From: Parabacteroides sp. PM6-13
Lineage (GTDB): Bacteria; Bacteroidota; Bacteroidia; Bacteroidales; Tannerellaceae
Direction: 5' to 3'
Length of the DNA stretch: 64,000 nucleotides
Assembly: GCF_029892605.1 (NCBI RefSeq)
Contig: NZ_JARXWF010000008.1
Span: 1 to 64,000, forward strand
The notes under the pieces were generated by a model. It was not told where the DNA came from. It did no database searches and worked only from the letters and a program-made list of their open reading frames with translations. The position numbers and the translations under genes are program-made. Positions 49,354 to 60,245 of this stretch are shown one piece after another. The first letter of the stretch is position 1; every line of letters begins with the position of its first letter.

Positions 49354-50985
49354 TTATTTTAACGTGACAGATGTATTTAACACCTGATCCAGTAAATAAA
49401 GGACCTCCGCATGTTTATCAAACTCATAATGCCGGTAATCCGGGTAGGTAAGCATGATATCCGGCCAGAAGATGTTGGCACGACGATCATTTACGGGTAG
49501 AAACAATTGCAGAGAGTTGGAAATAGAACCTTTCAGTTGAGTGGCCGGAAGCTGGAAAGGCGTTTGCTCCATATAGGTATTGGGGGCTTGCATGCTGGGA
49601 ACGCCCACTACAACCGCTCCCATTTTCCAAAGATAAAAGGCAAAATGAAAAGCCGCGCTGAAGGTTCGTTCGTCGGTCAACACATATACTTTCTCTGGGT
49701 TGTAAACCGGCTTACCATCCTGTTTAACCAAGAGGTCGCGATTACTACACATGCTTTCAGCGATGAACTGCTGACGCAAGGAACGCATATCGCAGGTGTC
49801 ACCTATCAAATCTTTCATCGTTATATAGTCGCCCAGTTCATAATTCCCGCCATACACTTTATTCAAGCGAGCAAGACTCATATTTTGCTTTTTAAGGAAT
49901 AAATCAGATACAAGTCGATAGGTCGTGGCTTCCATATCCGTTTTCAGATACGCATCGCCATAGAGCTGATAAAGAACAGGCAGGGTGATAGGCGTCCAGC
50001 CCCCTCCGTTTTGCCTCAGATCGATAATCAACGCTTTGCTTTTATGTTTTTTCATCTCGGATAACATCTTATGGAACTCTTCCGTCAAAGAGGGAACACC
50101 CGCTATGGCCTCCAAGGTATCGGCCGGTATCTCTTTTTTCAACGCCCAACCATAAAAGCTCTTCAACTGATCGTATGCCCCCGCCCATTTACGGTTGATG
50201 CTATAGTCGAAATTCTCACGCGCCATGACGCTTGTCAGCCTGAAAAACATCACCTCCTTTTTGTTATCCAAAAAATTGTATGAAAGATAATCGGCTGATG
50301 GTATGTTCGCCCATTGCGGGAGCTTCGCCCATGCCTGCTTTTGCCATTCTTCACGGTCGATATAAGACAATAGAATCGCTCTTTTTTCATGGTCAGCCGT
50401 TTCAATGGCCAGGCGAACATTTTCCTGAGCGTCGGGAAACAGCCTGGTATTAATATCCGGAGACGAAAAACGGCTCGCCAGATGTGCATAACTGCCGAAC
50501 TCATTTTCACTGGCCTCAACCGCAGCCATGCGTTTCAATAACAGGTCGACAGCGCAACCGTTTATACTATCCACACGGCTCCCCAACAGCTCTTTATATT
50601 CGTTCGGCAGACCACTAAGTATCAACCCATCGGGAATCACTCTCATCTGAAGAGGCAGGTACCTTTTCAGGTCACTCACCGACGACTGAGGAACGCTTAT
50701 ATAGGTATGTCCATCCTGCAAGTTCGCCAGAAACCCGGAAACCTTCTCGGCAAAATCAGGAACAGTATACTCATTCGAAGCCAATTCATCCTTTACTTGA
50801 GCGGCCTGCTCATGAAAGAATACCTTCCCACCAAAACGGCTATACGGATCCGGATGAGTATCTTCCAGCAGTTTCACCAGACAGGCAAAATCAGCCACAA
50901 GCGAATCCCGATGAAACACCTCCTGAGCCATGCCGGAACAGGTGATGATCAGACTGAAAGAAACAACGGTACAAATCTTTTTCAT
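49354..50985 (-). CDS. S41 family peptidase (secreted)
   Basis: Signal peptide. LIIDLRQNGGGW and downstream TDERTFSAAFHFA Ser/Lys dyad region. Confidence 0.65.
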   Translation of the reverse strand: MKKICTVVSFSLIITCSGMAQEVFHRDSLVADFACLVKLLEDTHPDPYSRFGGKVFFHEQAAQVKDELASNEYTVPDFAEKVSGFLANLQDGHTYISVPQSSVSDLKRYLPLQMRVIPDGLILSGLPNEYKELLGSRVDSINGCAVDLLLKRMAAVEASENEFGSYAHLASRFSSPDINTRLFPDAQENVRLAIETADHEKRAILLSYIDREEWQKQAWAKLPQWANIPSADYLSYNFLDNKKEVMFFRLTSVMARENFDYSINRKWAGAYDQLKSFYGWALKKEIPADTLEAIAGVPSLTEEFHKMLSEMKKHKSKALIIDLRQNGGGWTPITLPVLYQLYGDAYLKTDMEATTYRLVSDLFLKKQNMSLARLNKVYGGNYELGDYITMKDLIGDTCDMRSLRQQFIAESMCSNRDLLVKQDGKPVYNPEKVYVLTDERTFSAAFHFAFYLWKMGAVVVGVPSMQAPNTYMEQTPFQLPATQLKGSISNSLQLFLPVNDRRANIFWPDIMLTYPDYRHYEFDKHAEVLYLLDQVLNTSVTLK

Positions 50986-51112
50986 AATGAGATCTAATGA
51001 TTAGAAGACAAAGGTAGTGAATTATTTAGGGCGCGAATGATGCCTTAATTGCCAAATTAGGAATATATTTGGAGGATTATTATGTAAAACTATTATTTAT
51101 ACTTAGAAAATC

Positions 51113-53563
51113 ATGAAAATGAAGAAGCTATTATTTCTGTCTGTTACGCTTTTAGCGAGCATGACAGCGGCTAGTGCATTTGCCTCCGGCCGCAAGGTAC
51201 TTTTCAATGAGAACTGGAAGTTTCACCGGGGAGGCGTAGCCAACGCCGAGCAGCCGGTGTTTAATGATGCCAAATGGCGTACACTGGATCTGCCGCACGA
51301 CTGGAGCATGGATCCGGCACCTATCCAGCGCGAAGGCATTACCGTAGGTCCCTTCTCCCAACTAAGCGAAGGGGGCATGGGCGGTGCCGATACGGGGCAG
51401 ACCCTGGGCGGAGAAGGATGGTATCGCAAGAAATTCACGCTTTCACCGGACGATGCCGGCAAAATCATTACCCTCTATTTCGAAGGTGTGTACAATCAGT
51501 CGGAACTCTTTGTGAATGGCAAGAAGATCTATTTCAATCCCTATGGATACACCTCCTATAAGGTTGATATCACGGACTACTGCCAGGCACCAGGCAAGGA
51601 GAATACCATCGCGGTGCGCGTACTGAATGTCGGACAGAACAGCCGTTGGTATGCCGGTTCGGGTATTTTCCGCCATGTGTGGATGATCAAAACAAACAAA
51701 ATACACCTGGAAGAATGGGATACTTTTGTGGATGCCTCTGAGGTGAAAGGCAAAGAGGCAACGGTCAAATTCTCAACCCTTATACACAACCCCGAGAACA
51801 AGTCTGACGAAGGCGAACTACTGGTGAAGATCTTCTCGCCGAAAGGGGAAGAGGTGTACGCTCGGATAGAAAAAACATCGCTTTCATCGACCGATCCCTA
51901 TTCGGCCTCTTTTGTTATCAAAAAGCCGGCGTTGTGGTCGCTCGAATCGCCACAGCTCTATCGGGCAGAGGTGGCATTGACCTCCGGAGGAAAAGAATTG
52001 GATAAGATAACGATCCCGTTTGGTATTCGCACGATCTCTTTCTCTGCGAAAGAGGGATTTCTTTTGAATGGGAAAGCGGTGAAATTGAAAGGCGGATGTA
52101 TCCACCACGATAACGGCTTATTGGGGGCAGCTGCCATCGACCGAGCCGAGGAGCGGAAGGTGGAATTGATGAAGGCCAATGGATACAATGCGGTGAGATG
52201 CGCGCACAACCAGGTGTCGGAGTATTTCTTAGACGCTTGCGACCGCCTGGGTCTATTGGTGATCCACGAAACATTCGACCAATGGCAACAAAATAAACGG
52301 GGGAATGACTATCACCAGTTCTTCGATGAATGGAGCGATAAAGACCTGATCGCATCGGTACGCCGCGACCGCAACCACCCCGCGATCATTATGTGGAGCA
52401 TCGGCAACGAAGTGGCACAGCGCGCCGATCAGCCCGAAGGCGATCTGATATCCAAAAGACTGGTCAATACGATCCGGCAATACGACACCTCGCGCTTTAC
52501 GACCATCGGTGCCAATGATTTCTGGGACAGAAGACAGTTCAAATGGGACACAGATGCCTACCGAGCCTTCCAGAACGTGGATGTGGCGGGCTACAACTAC
52601 GTGTGGTGGAAATATGAAAGCGACCATGCGGCCTATCCCGACCGCGTGATCTATGGTAGCGAGTCGTACCCGAAAGATGCGGCGATCAACTGGAACCTGG
52701 TGGAGAAACATCCGTATGTGATCGGTGATTTCGTATGGACCGCGATCGACTATATTGGTGAAGCCGGACTGGGGCATGCCCTGGAGCTGGCCGAAGGGGA
52801 ACATAATCCGCAGTTTATGGGCTGGCCGTGGTATAACGCCTGGTGTGGCGATATCGATTTCTGTGGCGATAAGAAGCCTCAGTCCTATTACCGCGATGTG
52901 GTATGGCGCGAACGGGAGATCGCGATGGCCGTACGTCCTCCGGTGGCTCCCGGCAAAAAGGAGGTAGTCAACGGATGGGGATGGACCGATGAATTATTGA
53001 GCTGGAACTGGCCGGGCCGCGAAGGGCAAACGATGCGGGTCAATGTCTATAGCCGTTCGCCCAGGGTGCGACTCTATCAGGATGGCCAATTGATCGGCGA
53101 GAAAGAGACCGGCAAAGAAGACTATACGGCCACCTTCGAAGTGCCTTATAAGGCTGGCGAACTGAAGGCGGTCAATATCGAGAAAAACCGCGAACGAGCC
53201 TCTACACAGCTCCGGACGGCAGGTGTTCCGGTAGCTATCCGATTGACAGCCGACCGTGATCAACTGAAGGCAAACAAAAATGATCTCTCGTATGTGAAGA
53301 TCGAATTGGTGGATGCCGATGGGTATGTGGTGCCCGATGCCGATCTGAACGTAACCATACGATGCGAAGGAGAGGGTTCGGTTATTGCTGCCGGTAACGC
53401 GGCTTACGATGATATGGCCAGCTTCCGCTCGATGAATCCGAAGACATTCCGGGGAAAAGCGGTGGCCATTGTGCAGCCAAACGGCTCAAAAGCCGGGCAA
53501 ATCAAACTGACTGTCACAGCCGAAGGGTTGCCCGATTCGAGTGTTTCCATCGATACTTTTTGA
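51113..53563 (+). CDS. glycoside hydrolase family 2 (beta-galactosidase-like)
   Basis: Signal peptide. NENWKFH sugar-binding N-domain. WSIGNE acid/base. GSESYP nucleophile region. Confidence 0.85.
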   Translation: MKMKKLLFLSVTLLASMTAASAFASGRKVLFNENWKFHRGGVANAEQPVFNDAKWRTLDLPHDWSMDPAPIQREGITVGPFSQLSEGGMGGADTGQTLGGEGWYRKKFTLSPDDAGKIITLYFEGVYNQSELFVNGKKIYFNPYGYTSYKVDITDYCQAPGKENTIAVRVLNVGQNSRWYAGSGIFRHVWMIKTNKIHLEEWDTFVDASEVKGKEATVKFSTLIHNPENKSDEGELLVKIFSPKGEEVYARIEKTSLSSTDPYSASFVIKKPALWSLESPQLYRAEVALTSGGKELDKITIPFGIRTISFSAKEGFLLNGKAVKLKGGCIHHDNGLLGAAAIDRAEERKVELMKANGYNAVRCAHNQVSEYFLDACDRLGLLVIHETFDQWQQNKRGNDYHQFFDEWSDKDLIASVRRDRNHPAIIMWSIGNEVAQRADQPEGDLISKRLVNTIRQYDTSRFTTIGANDFWDRRQFKWDTDAYRAFQNVDVAGYNYVWWKYESDHAAYPDRVIYGSESYPKDAAINWNLVEKHPYVIGDFVWTAIDYIGEAGLGHALELAEGEHNPQFMGWPWYNAWCGDIDFCGDKKPQSYYRDVVWREREIAMAVRPPVAPGKKEVVNGWGWTDELLSWNWPGREGQTMRVNVYSRSPRVRLYQDGQLIGEKETGKEDYTATFEVPYKAGELKAVNIEKNRERASTQLRTAGVPVAIRLTADRDQLKANKNDLSYVKIELVDADGYVVPDADLNVTIRCEGEGSVIAAGNAAYDDMASFRSMNPKTFRGKAVAIVQPNGSKAGQIKLTVTAEGLPDSSVSIDTF

Positions 53564-53725
53564 TGCCCTAAGAAGCTCCCATAAAATTCAAAACAACTTC
53601 TAAAAGAAGAAGCGATTGGCGCTCTACACTTAGAGCGGCCAATCGCCTTGGATAAATAAAATAATCATGAAACTTAGAGGGAATTGCTTCCTTCTTGGGG
53701 TGCGCTTTTCACAAAGGGCGATTTC

Positions 53726-56700
53726 TTATTTCATATCTTTCACACAGCGAACGGTTATCGCTGAAGTAAAATTATTCACTTCAAAACCGGGATAAGGAAG
53801 CTGCATTTGCGGGGTTTTGATCGCTGCGTTAAAGAAATATCCGTAACGCATATTATATGTCTTGTCGCCAGCCCCCTCTTTCTCTATTTTCAACGCTAAG
53901 GGCTCGCCTCCGAATGTGCCGTTTTTCTTTGTCCAGTCCCAAAGGGAAGAGTAGGTAGCAGCAAACAAGATACTGCTGTTTAAGCCCGGGTACTTCCCAA
54001 TGGTGGTGAGGAGTATTAATTCGCGTTGGTTGGGAGGACGCCATCCCCGCTCCATCTCTGTGTCTCCGGTGTTATAGTCGCTACACGGATTATATCCGTC
54101 TCTGACAGCATTGGCCAATGCAATCCAGGTCGCATAAGAGGTAGGCTTTATCAGTTTTCGCACGGCAATTTTGGTGTACAACCGGTTCTCCGGGTCATAT
54201 TCATTATGGGCCGGCAATGTACGGTTGGTAAAGATGCCATCCGGGCGATGCGAGGAGGATGTCAGGGCGCTGGCATCGATCACGATATAGCCATTACCAT
54301 CTTCCATCGTGCCTATTTCCACTTTCGTAGGACTACCGCTTCCCGCCGAGATATTCCGCGCGCAACGCACATGCTTTCTTCGTCCGCTTTCTCCATTGTC
54401 ACCCCATCCCCTGACGGCGCTTCCTTCATCCGCCTGGAAAGAGTGTCCGCCGCTGGCATAATAGGCAAATGTCTCTCGTTGCTGGATCGGATATCTGCCG
54501 CGCTGGGCGTAGTTCCATTCGCGTATCTCCTGCGGATAGAGAGTGACCCGTTCGGGTATGGCATTGGTGCCTACCCAGAAATGCTGGTATTGGTTGATCG
54601 AAGGCAGATACCATTCTATCTCATTTTCGTCGATCATACCGTTACCGTTTTTATCGCGGTTACGGCTCATGCAGGCGGCAAAGGCAGATGCCTTATGTTG
54701 ATCCCATGTGCCATCCGCTCGTTTATCGCCCATGATCTCGCGCTTAAACCATACCTTCTCCGTATTCAATTTGAGTGTCTCTTGAATCTCCTTTCTCATA
54801 AGCTCTCTTCCGTCGTAATCCGCCGTCAAAACGGGATTGGATCCGGTTCTACCGTACGGGATGGCGCAATCGATCGCTTTGTGGTCGAAATCCTCCTGCC
54901 CTGCATTCCGGGTGTAATAGCTTGCCGGTACATTCTCATTGATACATTCCAGTCCCCAGAAGAGACCCTCTTTCACCTGCTTCTTTTGCACATCGAAGAT
55001 GGTAACGATAGGCAATTGGTCGAGTACATATTTAGCCGAGATGACCGAGCTGTTGTAATCGGAGTTATCCTCTTTCCGGTAGGCCGCCTTCAGCCCTATT
55101 TTCATGCTGCGTGTGCGGCTCGACAACATATCCGAGCGGTAACAGAGATACTGCTCCATCGCCACATTGTCGCTCGCTTTATACGTATGTTCGTTTACAT
55201 AAGCGTAGAAAGTGACTCTCTCAGGTGCTTGTTGGTTGTTGGCATACCAGTTCATCAGGTCACGCACCGTGTATAAACAACCGTTCGGATTGTTGGCAAC
55301 ATAGTCGTTGGGATCTGAGAAGTTAGGGCCGTAAGGAGCGACTCTTCCGTTTTCTCTCTCGTCGATCACTTTCTTATCGGCAAACAATACCCAATCGATA
55401 TCCGCTTTCTCATCATTTTGTTTCGTCGGATCATTGGTGATAAAGGTCTCTCTCCACCCTGTTTTGGCCGTTTTCACCGAACAAAAATAGAAACCATCCT
55501 CGTTGATCAGGTCGCTTTTAGTGAATTCCAGCGGAATGCGTGAGTAGTGAGCGTCTAATTCGATGGTGATACCATCTTTGAAGACTACATCGCCATCGGA
55601 GCTGGGGGAGGGATCCTCGCCAATGGCCTCGATAATGATGCTATTGACCGATTTCACCGTTACATTATAGGTGTATTTATGGTTGCGTCGCACGCTAAAG
55701 TCGAATGCCGGATTATCGCCATAGACAAAGCCTAAGGGGATATAATAGGTCACGTCGGCCTTCGCTGTTTGCGTCGGGTTGCCGGGCAACAACGGGTTGT
55801 TCTCTTTTCCTTCATATTCTCCCTTGAGCACTATCATGGCGGTTTGCCCCGGCGCGTGGGTCTTACGCAGGTCGTTCAAAGAACCCGTTCCGGTGAAAGG
55901 ATTATCCAACTGACCGTTCTCCAGCATATAAAACTGGAAGGTGCCATTCTGTATCTTGCCATCAAACTGATCGGGATCGGGCGTAAAGGTGTCTGTGGTA
56001 AAATAGTTCCCCTCTTTATTCTTCCCGGTCATATCGCGCACATAGTCATTGTAGAAGAGTACCGTCCGGGGCAAATTGCGTATCTCCCAGGAGATCGGGT
56101 GGAAGATCACCTCCCGTTGGCTATCCTTATAGCTTTTGATGTTGAAGGTAACGGAAGAGATCGTACGATCCAGCCATATCTTACAATCCGGGGTCAGGGC
56201 ACTGCCATCGCTCTGCTTAATGATGCCTTTGCCTTGCTCATTCATATCAAACAGACATAATCCGGACGCATCAACCCGTCCGTCTGCCCCCGGCTTACCA
56301 AAACGGCCGCTCAACAGAAACTCAAGCGAAGTCCATCCAGTATAGTTATCCGCCATGGTCGCGCTTTCGCCCAGCCATTCTTCCAATCGTCTGTTGGGCG
56401 AAGCAAAAAAAGCGTCGATCTGTGCTTTCAGATCACCCGGTGATTGATTGAAGTTATTGGAGCCTACGTTGGCTACCGCGAAAAGACGTTTCATGCCTGT
56501 GGTGGTCTCCAATGTCAGCTTATTGGATGTCAGATCAGACTCCGTAAAATATTTTTTCTGCTTGTATTTCCCGTATCTGTCAAACACAATCACATAGAGG
56601 TCATACACCTCTGTCTCCTGATCGCTCTTGGTCTGTACCTTCGGACTATTCACCCCATAGGGTAAGTCTAACGAAATGGCGATCCCCTCTTTTACTTCTG

Positions 56701-56803
56701 CTGCCTGATGGTCGTATTGCGTTTCCTCGGCGCATGACTGGAACAGGCTCATCCCCGCCAACAACAGGCATAGTATAGATATCGTTGAATATATTGTTCT
56801 CAT
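53726..56803 (-). CDS. large surface lipoprotein, putative fimbrial tip/adhesin-like (Mfa-like operon)
   Basis: Lipobox LFQSCAEE. 1025 aa. Co-oriented and adjacent (19-bp gap) to an upstream fimbrillin-like lipoprotein gene. Confidence 0.4.
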   Translation of the reverse strand: MRTIYSTISILCLLLAGMSLFQSCAEETQYDHQAAEVKEGIAISLDLPYGVNSPKVQTKSDQETEVYDLYVIVFDRYGKYKQKKYFTESDLTSNKLTLETTTGMKRLFAVANVGSNNFNQSPGDLKAQIDAFFASPNRRLEEWLGESATMADNYTGWTSLEFLLSGRFGKPGADGRVDASGLCLFDMNEQGKGIIKQSDGSALTPDCKIWLDRTISSVTFNIKSYKDSQREVIFHPISWEIRNLPRTVLFYNDYVRDMTGKNKEGNYFTTDTFTPDPDQFDGKIQNGTFQFYMLENGQLDNPFTGTGSLNDLRKTHAPGQTAMIVLKGEYEGKENNPLLPGNPTQTAKADVTYYIPLGFVYGDNPAFDFSVRRNHKYTYNVTVKSVNSIIIEAIGEDPSPSSDGDVVFKDGITIELDAHYSRIPLEFTKSDLINEDGFYFCSVKTAKTGWRETFITNDPTKQNDEKADIDWVLFADKKVIDERENGRVAPYGPNFSDPNDYVANNPNGCLYTVRDLMNWYANNQQAPERVTFYAYVNEHTYKASDNVAMEQYLCYRSDMLSSRTRSMKIGLKAAYRKEDNSDYNSSVISAKYVLDQLPIVTIFDVQKKQVKEGLFWGLECINENVPASYYTRNAGQEDFDHKAIDCAIPYGRTGSNPVLTADYDGRELMRKEIQETLKLNTEKVWFKREIMGDKRADGTWDQHKASAFAACMSRNRDKNGNGMIDENEIEWYLPSINQYQHFWVGTNAIPERVTLYPQEIREWNYAQRGRYPIQQRETFAYYASGGHSFQADEGSAVRGWGDNGESGRRKHVRCARNISAGSGSPTKVEIGTMEDGNGYIVIDASALTSSSHRPDGIFTNRTLPAHNEYDPENRLYTKIAVRKLIKPTSYATWIALANAVRDGYNPCSDYNTGDTEMERGWRPPNQRELILLTTIGKYPGLNSSILFAATYSSLWDWTKKNGTFGGEPLALKIEKEGAGDKTYNMRYGYFFNAAIKTPQMQLPYPGFEVNNFTSAITVRCVKDMK

Positions 56804-56822
56804 CTTATACGTTATTTTTTAT

Positions 56823-58382
56823 TTATTCAAAAACCGGCAGGTCAACGTTTTTCCCTACCCAATTGCTTACTTTATACTCCAGGTCAACAAGGATCTCTTC
56901 CTCCTCTTCCGGTATCTCTGGTGCTTTATTGATCTTGGCGGTTATATCATATAGATTTCCGTGGAGCAGACCATAGGTGTTGTTGTTTCCCCCTTTGATC
57001 GGGTCGATATATACCCTGTATTTTTTAGGATATTCCAGTTTGTATTGATCCGTATTGAACGTTACGTAAGGGGCGACATCCGTATCCCGGACAAACTCGT
57101 CCAGATTGGCTATCACAAAGTTTTTCCCTTTGATAAGATCCTTCTGAGGAACGCCCTGCTCGTCGACCCATAAGCCATAGACGCCTTTTTCGTTTTTATA
57201 ACGCACTCTTTTCTCTTGGATGCCACGGGTGAGTATGCCCTCTACCTCCACCTTGATAGCCCCCTCCTCGGGTGTATTGTAATAGTAGTCTTTTTCGTAT
57301 GTATAGAATGTGATTGTCGTATCCGCTGTTATAGTGGGGGTTGTGTAGTTTCTCTGCCAGGGCGGAAGCAAGAAATCACTCTGATACATATTGACTGCCA
57401 TCACATAGTTTACATCCAGAGGAGGAAGCACTAACCAAGTTTTTGTTTGTATATTTTCAATTGTTATCTTTTCAATCGCCAATGCGTAGGTATAAGCCTG
57501 TTCGATCCGTTCAAAATAGCCTCTATTTAAGTGTACTTTTTTGACCGCTTCCTCTTTATAGTTTTTCCGGTTATTACCCTCTCCATACCAGAGGTCGTGT
57601 TTCATCTCAGCCGGTTCGATATCGCAAGGCCAGCCATAGATATCATTTCCGAATAGGGTTCCTATCTTATAATCCATCGAAGTGGACATGCCGGAAGAGA
57701 CATAAAGTAAAGAGGTCACCATATCACGGGTTAATAGATAATCAACGGAGTGGTCAATTTGCTCCGGCTCGATCGTGATCTTCAGGTTGAAATCCACCCG
57801 GGCAGCTAACTGGGTAAGCGGAATCATCACCACATTATCACCGGATTCGATGCGGTACTCTACATCTCCTGTCTTCACCAGGTTTTTAGGATCAAACGTA
57901 GCGGTGAAGAGGGTCGTTTCCGTCACATCCGGATTTGTTAGCCCTCCATAGGTATCGAAGGAGGCAAGATCTGTGCGCGCCGAGTTGGCAATCACCACAA
58001 TATAGACGTCACCCGGTTTCAATTCAATCCCCGGTATCTTATAGGTGGGTGTCGCCGGGTTGCCGGAATCGTCTGTTCGTTGCTCTGCTATCAGCCGATC
58101 AGCCGGATCGACAGCCCCTTTAGACACCTCTTTATAAAGCAATCGTTTCTTCGACTGCTTATCAAATATCGCCACAAAGCATTTGTTGATTTCTAATTCA
58201 TTCGAATTGGCATACTCATAATTCCCCTCTCCATTTATCGCGCGACTTTGTATTTCCGCTGACTTCAATAATAAGTCAATTTTGGCATTACCGGATTGGT
58301 TGATAGGCCCCTCTTCGTGATAGCATGACACAACACTTAATAACGTCAAAATGATGACGCCGAAACATACTTTTCCTTTCAT
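56823..58382 (-). CDS. fimbrillin-like lipoprotein (putative major/minor fimbrial subunit)
   Basis: Lipobox LLSVVSCYHEE. 519 aa. Size and organisation consistent with Bacteroidales FimA/Mfa1-type proteins. Confidence 0.4.
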   Translation of the reverse strand: MKGKVCFGVIILTLLSVVSCYHEEGPINQSGNAKIDLLLKSAEIQSRAINGEGNYEYANSNELEINKCFVAIFDKQSKKRLLYKEVSKGAVDPADRLIAEQRTDDSGNPATPTYKIPGIELKPGDVYIVVIANSARTDLASFDTYGGLTNPDVTETTLFTATFDPKNLVKTGDVEYRIESGDNVVMIPLTQLAARVDFNLKITIEPEQIDHSVDYLLTRDMVTSLLYVSSGMSTSMDYKIGTLFGNDIYGWPCDIEPAEMKHDLWYGEGNNRKNYKEEAVKKVHLNRGYFERIEQAYTYALAIEKITIENIQTKTWLVLPPLDVNYVMAVNMYQSDFLLPPWQRNYTTPTITADTTITFYTYEKDYYYNTPEEGAIKVEVEGILTRGIQEKRVRYKNEKGVYGLWVDEQGVPQKDLIKGKNFVIANLDEFVRDTDVAPYVTFNTDQYKLEYPKKYRVYIDPIKGGNNNTYGLLHGNLYDITAKINKAPEIPEEEEEILVDLEYKVSNWVGKNVDLPVFE

Positions 58383-58723
58383 AAATTACATTCTCTTCCT
58401 TTTTCTTTCTATAGATAGTCCTTCCCTATTGTATAGAACAATAGGGAGTTATGGCCATAAACGGATTTCTATAATTTAGTTTTTTAATTTAAGCGAGCCA
58501 AAATTATGGAAATAATATGGAGTAAAAAAACGAGTTTTGGAGGCTGAATTTTGCCTAAATTTATCGCACTTTGAAATTCATATTCTGCGTAAAAAACACC
58601 CCAAAAGAGAATTAAACATATTTAACAATTACAGGTAAAGTGGGCAGCTATCAAGCCATGCTATTGGGGGTGGTGTTCGAGTTTTGGAAGATGTGAAGAT
58701 GGGCAAGGTGCACTGAAATGAGT

Positions 58724-58930
58724 TAAATCCCGCAGGGATTTCCTATTCGTAACCCTCGGTAAGAGAGCGAAGCGAACGACCGGGGGTATTCCGCTAATAA
58801 TAACTAATGAACCCGGAATGGGTTCAACCCGCTTCGGGGTTGCTTGGAGAGTAGGTCTTGTCTATCTGCCTACCACGGGTTTGCTTCGCTACACCCGCGG
58901 TTACGAATAGGAAATCCCTGCGGGATTTAT
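58724..58930. repeat. imperfect palindrome (about 50-bp arms, taaatcccgcagggatttcctattcgtaacc...)
   Basis: Arms 58724..58777 and 58879..58930 are near-perfect reverse complements. Confidence 0.8.
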
Positions 58931-58945
58931 ATGAAAATCTTCCAA

Positions 58946-59213
58946 TTTTGGAAGATTCCCAAGGAGCGCTGCAAGCGCGATTCAACCCAGCCCATGGGTG
59001 ACCGAAGGGAACCCTGGGTGGTTTAGGTTAAAGTAAATGGAACTCTGAAAGAGTGACTATTAGGTATTTGTGTATATAGTCGTTCTTTGGCTAAGGCCGA
59101 TCTTCGATTCAGAACTCCATTATTATTATACTCTGATACCCAGGGTTCCCTTCGGTCACCCATGGGCTGGGTTGAACCGCGCTTACAGCGCTCTGTGGAA
59201 ACCTTCAATTTTT
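58946..59213. repeat. imperfect palindrome (about 72-bp arms sharing agcccatgggt...accctgggt motif with the 44.6-kb element)
   Basis: Arms 58949..59026 and 59138..59210. Produces mirror-image ghost ORFs (ERCKR.STQPMGDRREPWV on both strands). Confidence 0.8.
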
Positions 59214-59597
59214 CTCCCACTTGAAGATCCGCATCCATCAGAATAATCATATTAAATTAAATCAAACCAATCACATCCGGAAAATCCCAAAATCAGCGTA
59301 TTGCTCCCTTCGGAAGCGAACGGTGTTTCAAGGTTCAGACATTTTATCATTTTGTCAAAATCGCCCGACTTTTTTTCCGAAAACGTAGGGGTTTTTAAAA
59401 TTAGTCCTGCGAGTAACACTTTTTAACGTATCATATTGTAAAGCAAAATGGCGATTTTGCTTACACTTTGTATTTTGACATTTTCCTTCGGAGGGGGTTT
59501 CATCCCCTACCCCTTATGCCTAATTATTCACTCTTCATTCATCATTCTTCATCGGAATGGCTATCTTTGCACACAGAAGACAGCAAACGCATTCTGC

Positions 59598-60245
59598 ATG
59601 ATTGAACTAATTGGTAAAGGGTTATTGATAGGGATTCTTGTCTCCGCGCCTATGGGACCCATAGGTATGCTGGTTATTCGGCGCACGCTGAATAAAGGGC
59701 GATGGCATGGATTCGTCACCGGACTGGGCGCGGCTCTGTCGGATATCCTTTATGCTGCCGTGACAAGCATGGCGATGGGGATGGTGGTGAGCTTCGTAGA
59801 GAGCAACCACGACTACCTGCAGGTGATCGGGAGCTTGGTCTTGGCCGGCTTTGGGTATTACATCTACCAAAGCAACCCCGTAAAGGGTCTCCGCAAGCAG
59901 CAAGAGAGTAAGCTATCTTTTACGCAGGACTTCATCTCCGCCTTCCTGTTGACCTTCAGCAATGTCCTGATCGTACTTTTGTATATCGGTCTTTTTGCCC
60001 GCTTCGGCTTCGTACGGGCAGACTATTCCGCAGCCCAAGCGCTGGTAGGCGTGGCGGCTATTGGCTTGGGCGCGATACTCTGGTGGTTCGTGGTGACCTA
60101 TATCGTTGCTAAATTAAGACGCTGGTTCAATATACGCGGCATCTGGCTGATGAACCGGATTGTCGGCTCCATCATCATCGTGCTCTCTATCTTCGGGCTG
60201 TTGTCGGTGTTCCTATCGGCCTATGTGGATCTGCCAACCTTATAA
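59598..60245 (+). CDS. LysE/RhtB family amino-acid exporter
   Basis: MIELIGKGLLIGILVSAPMGPIGMLVIRRTL N-terminal motif. About 6 TM helices. Start at internal Met of ORF 59448..60245. Confidence 0.65.
   Translation: MIELIGKGLLIGILVSAPMGPIGMLVIRRTLNKGRWHGFVTGLGAALSDILYAAVTSMAMGMVVSFVESNHDYLQVIGSLVLAGFGYYIYQSNPVKGLRKQQESKLSFTQDFISAFLLTFSNVLIVLLYIGLFARFGFVRADYSAAQALVGVAAIGLGAILWWFVVTYIVAKLRRWFNIRGIWLMNRIVGSIIIVLSIFGLLSVFLSAYVDLPTL

Noticed and set aside
54026-55276. 416-aa plus-strand ORF
   Set aside because: Lies inside the 1025-aa minus-strand lipoprotein gene, which has a clean lipobox and continuous ORF. The plus-strand translation is Cys/Arg/His-rich junk.
58844-59250. 60-aa and 75-aa ORFs encoding the same ERCKR.STQPMGDRREPWV peptide on opposite strands
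   Set aside because: Generated by the two arms of a long palindrome, not independent genes.
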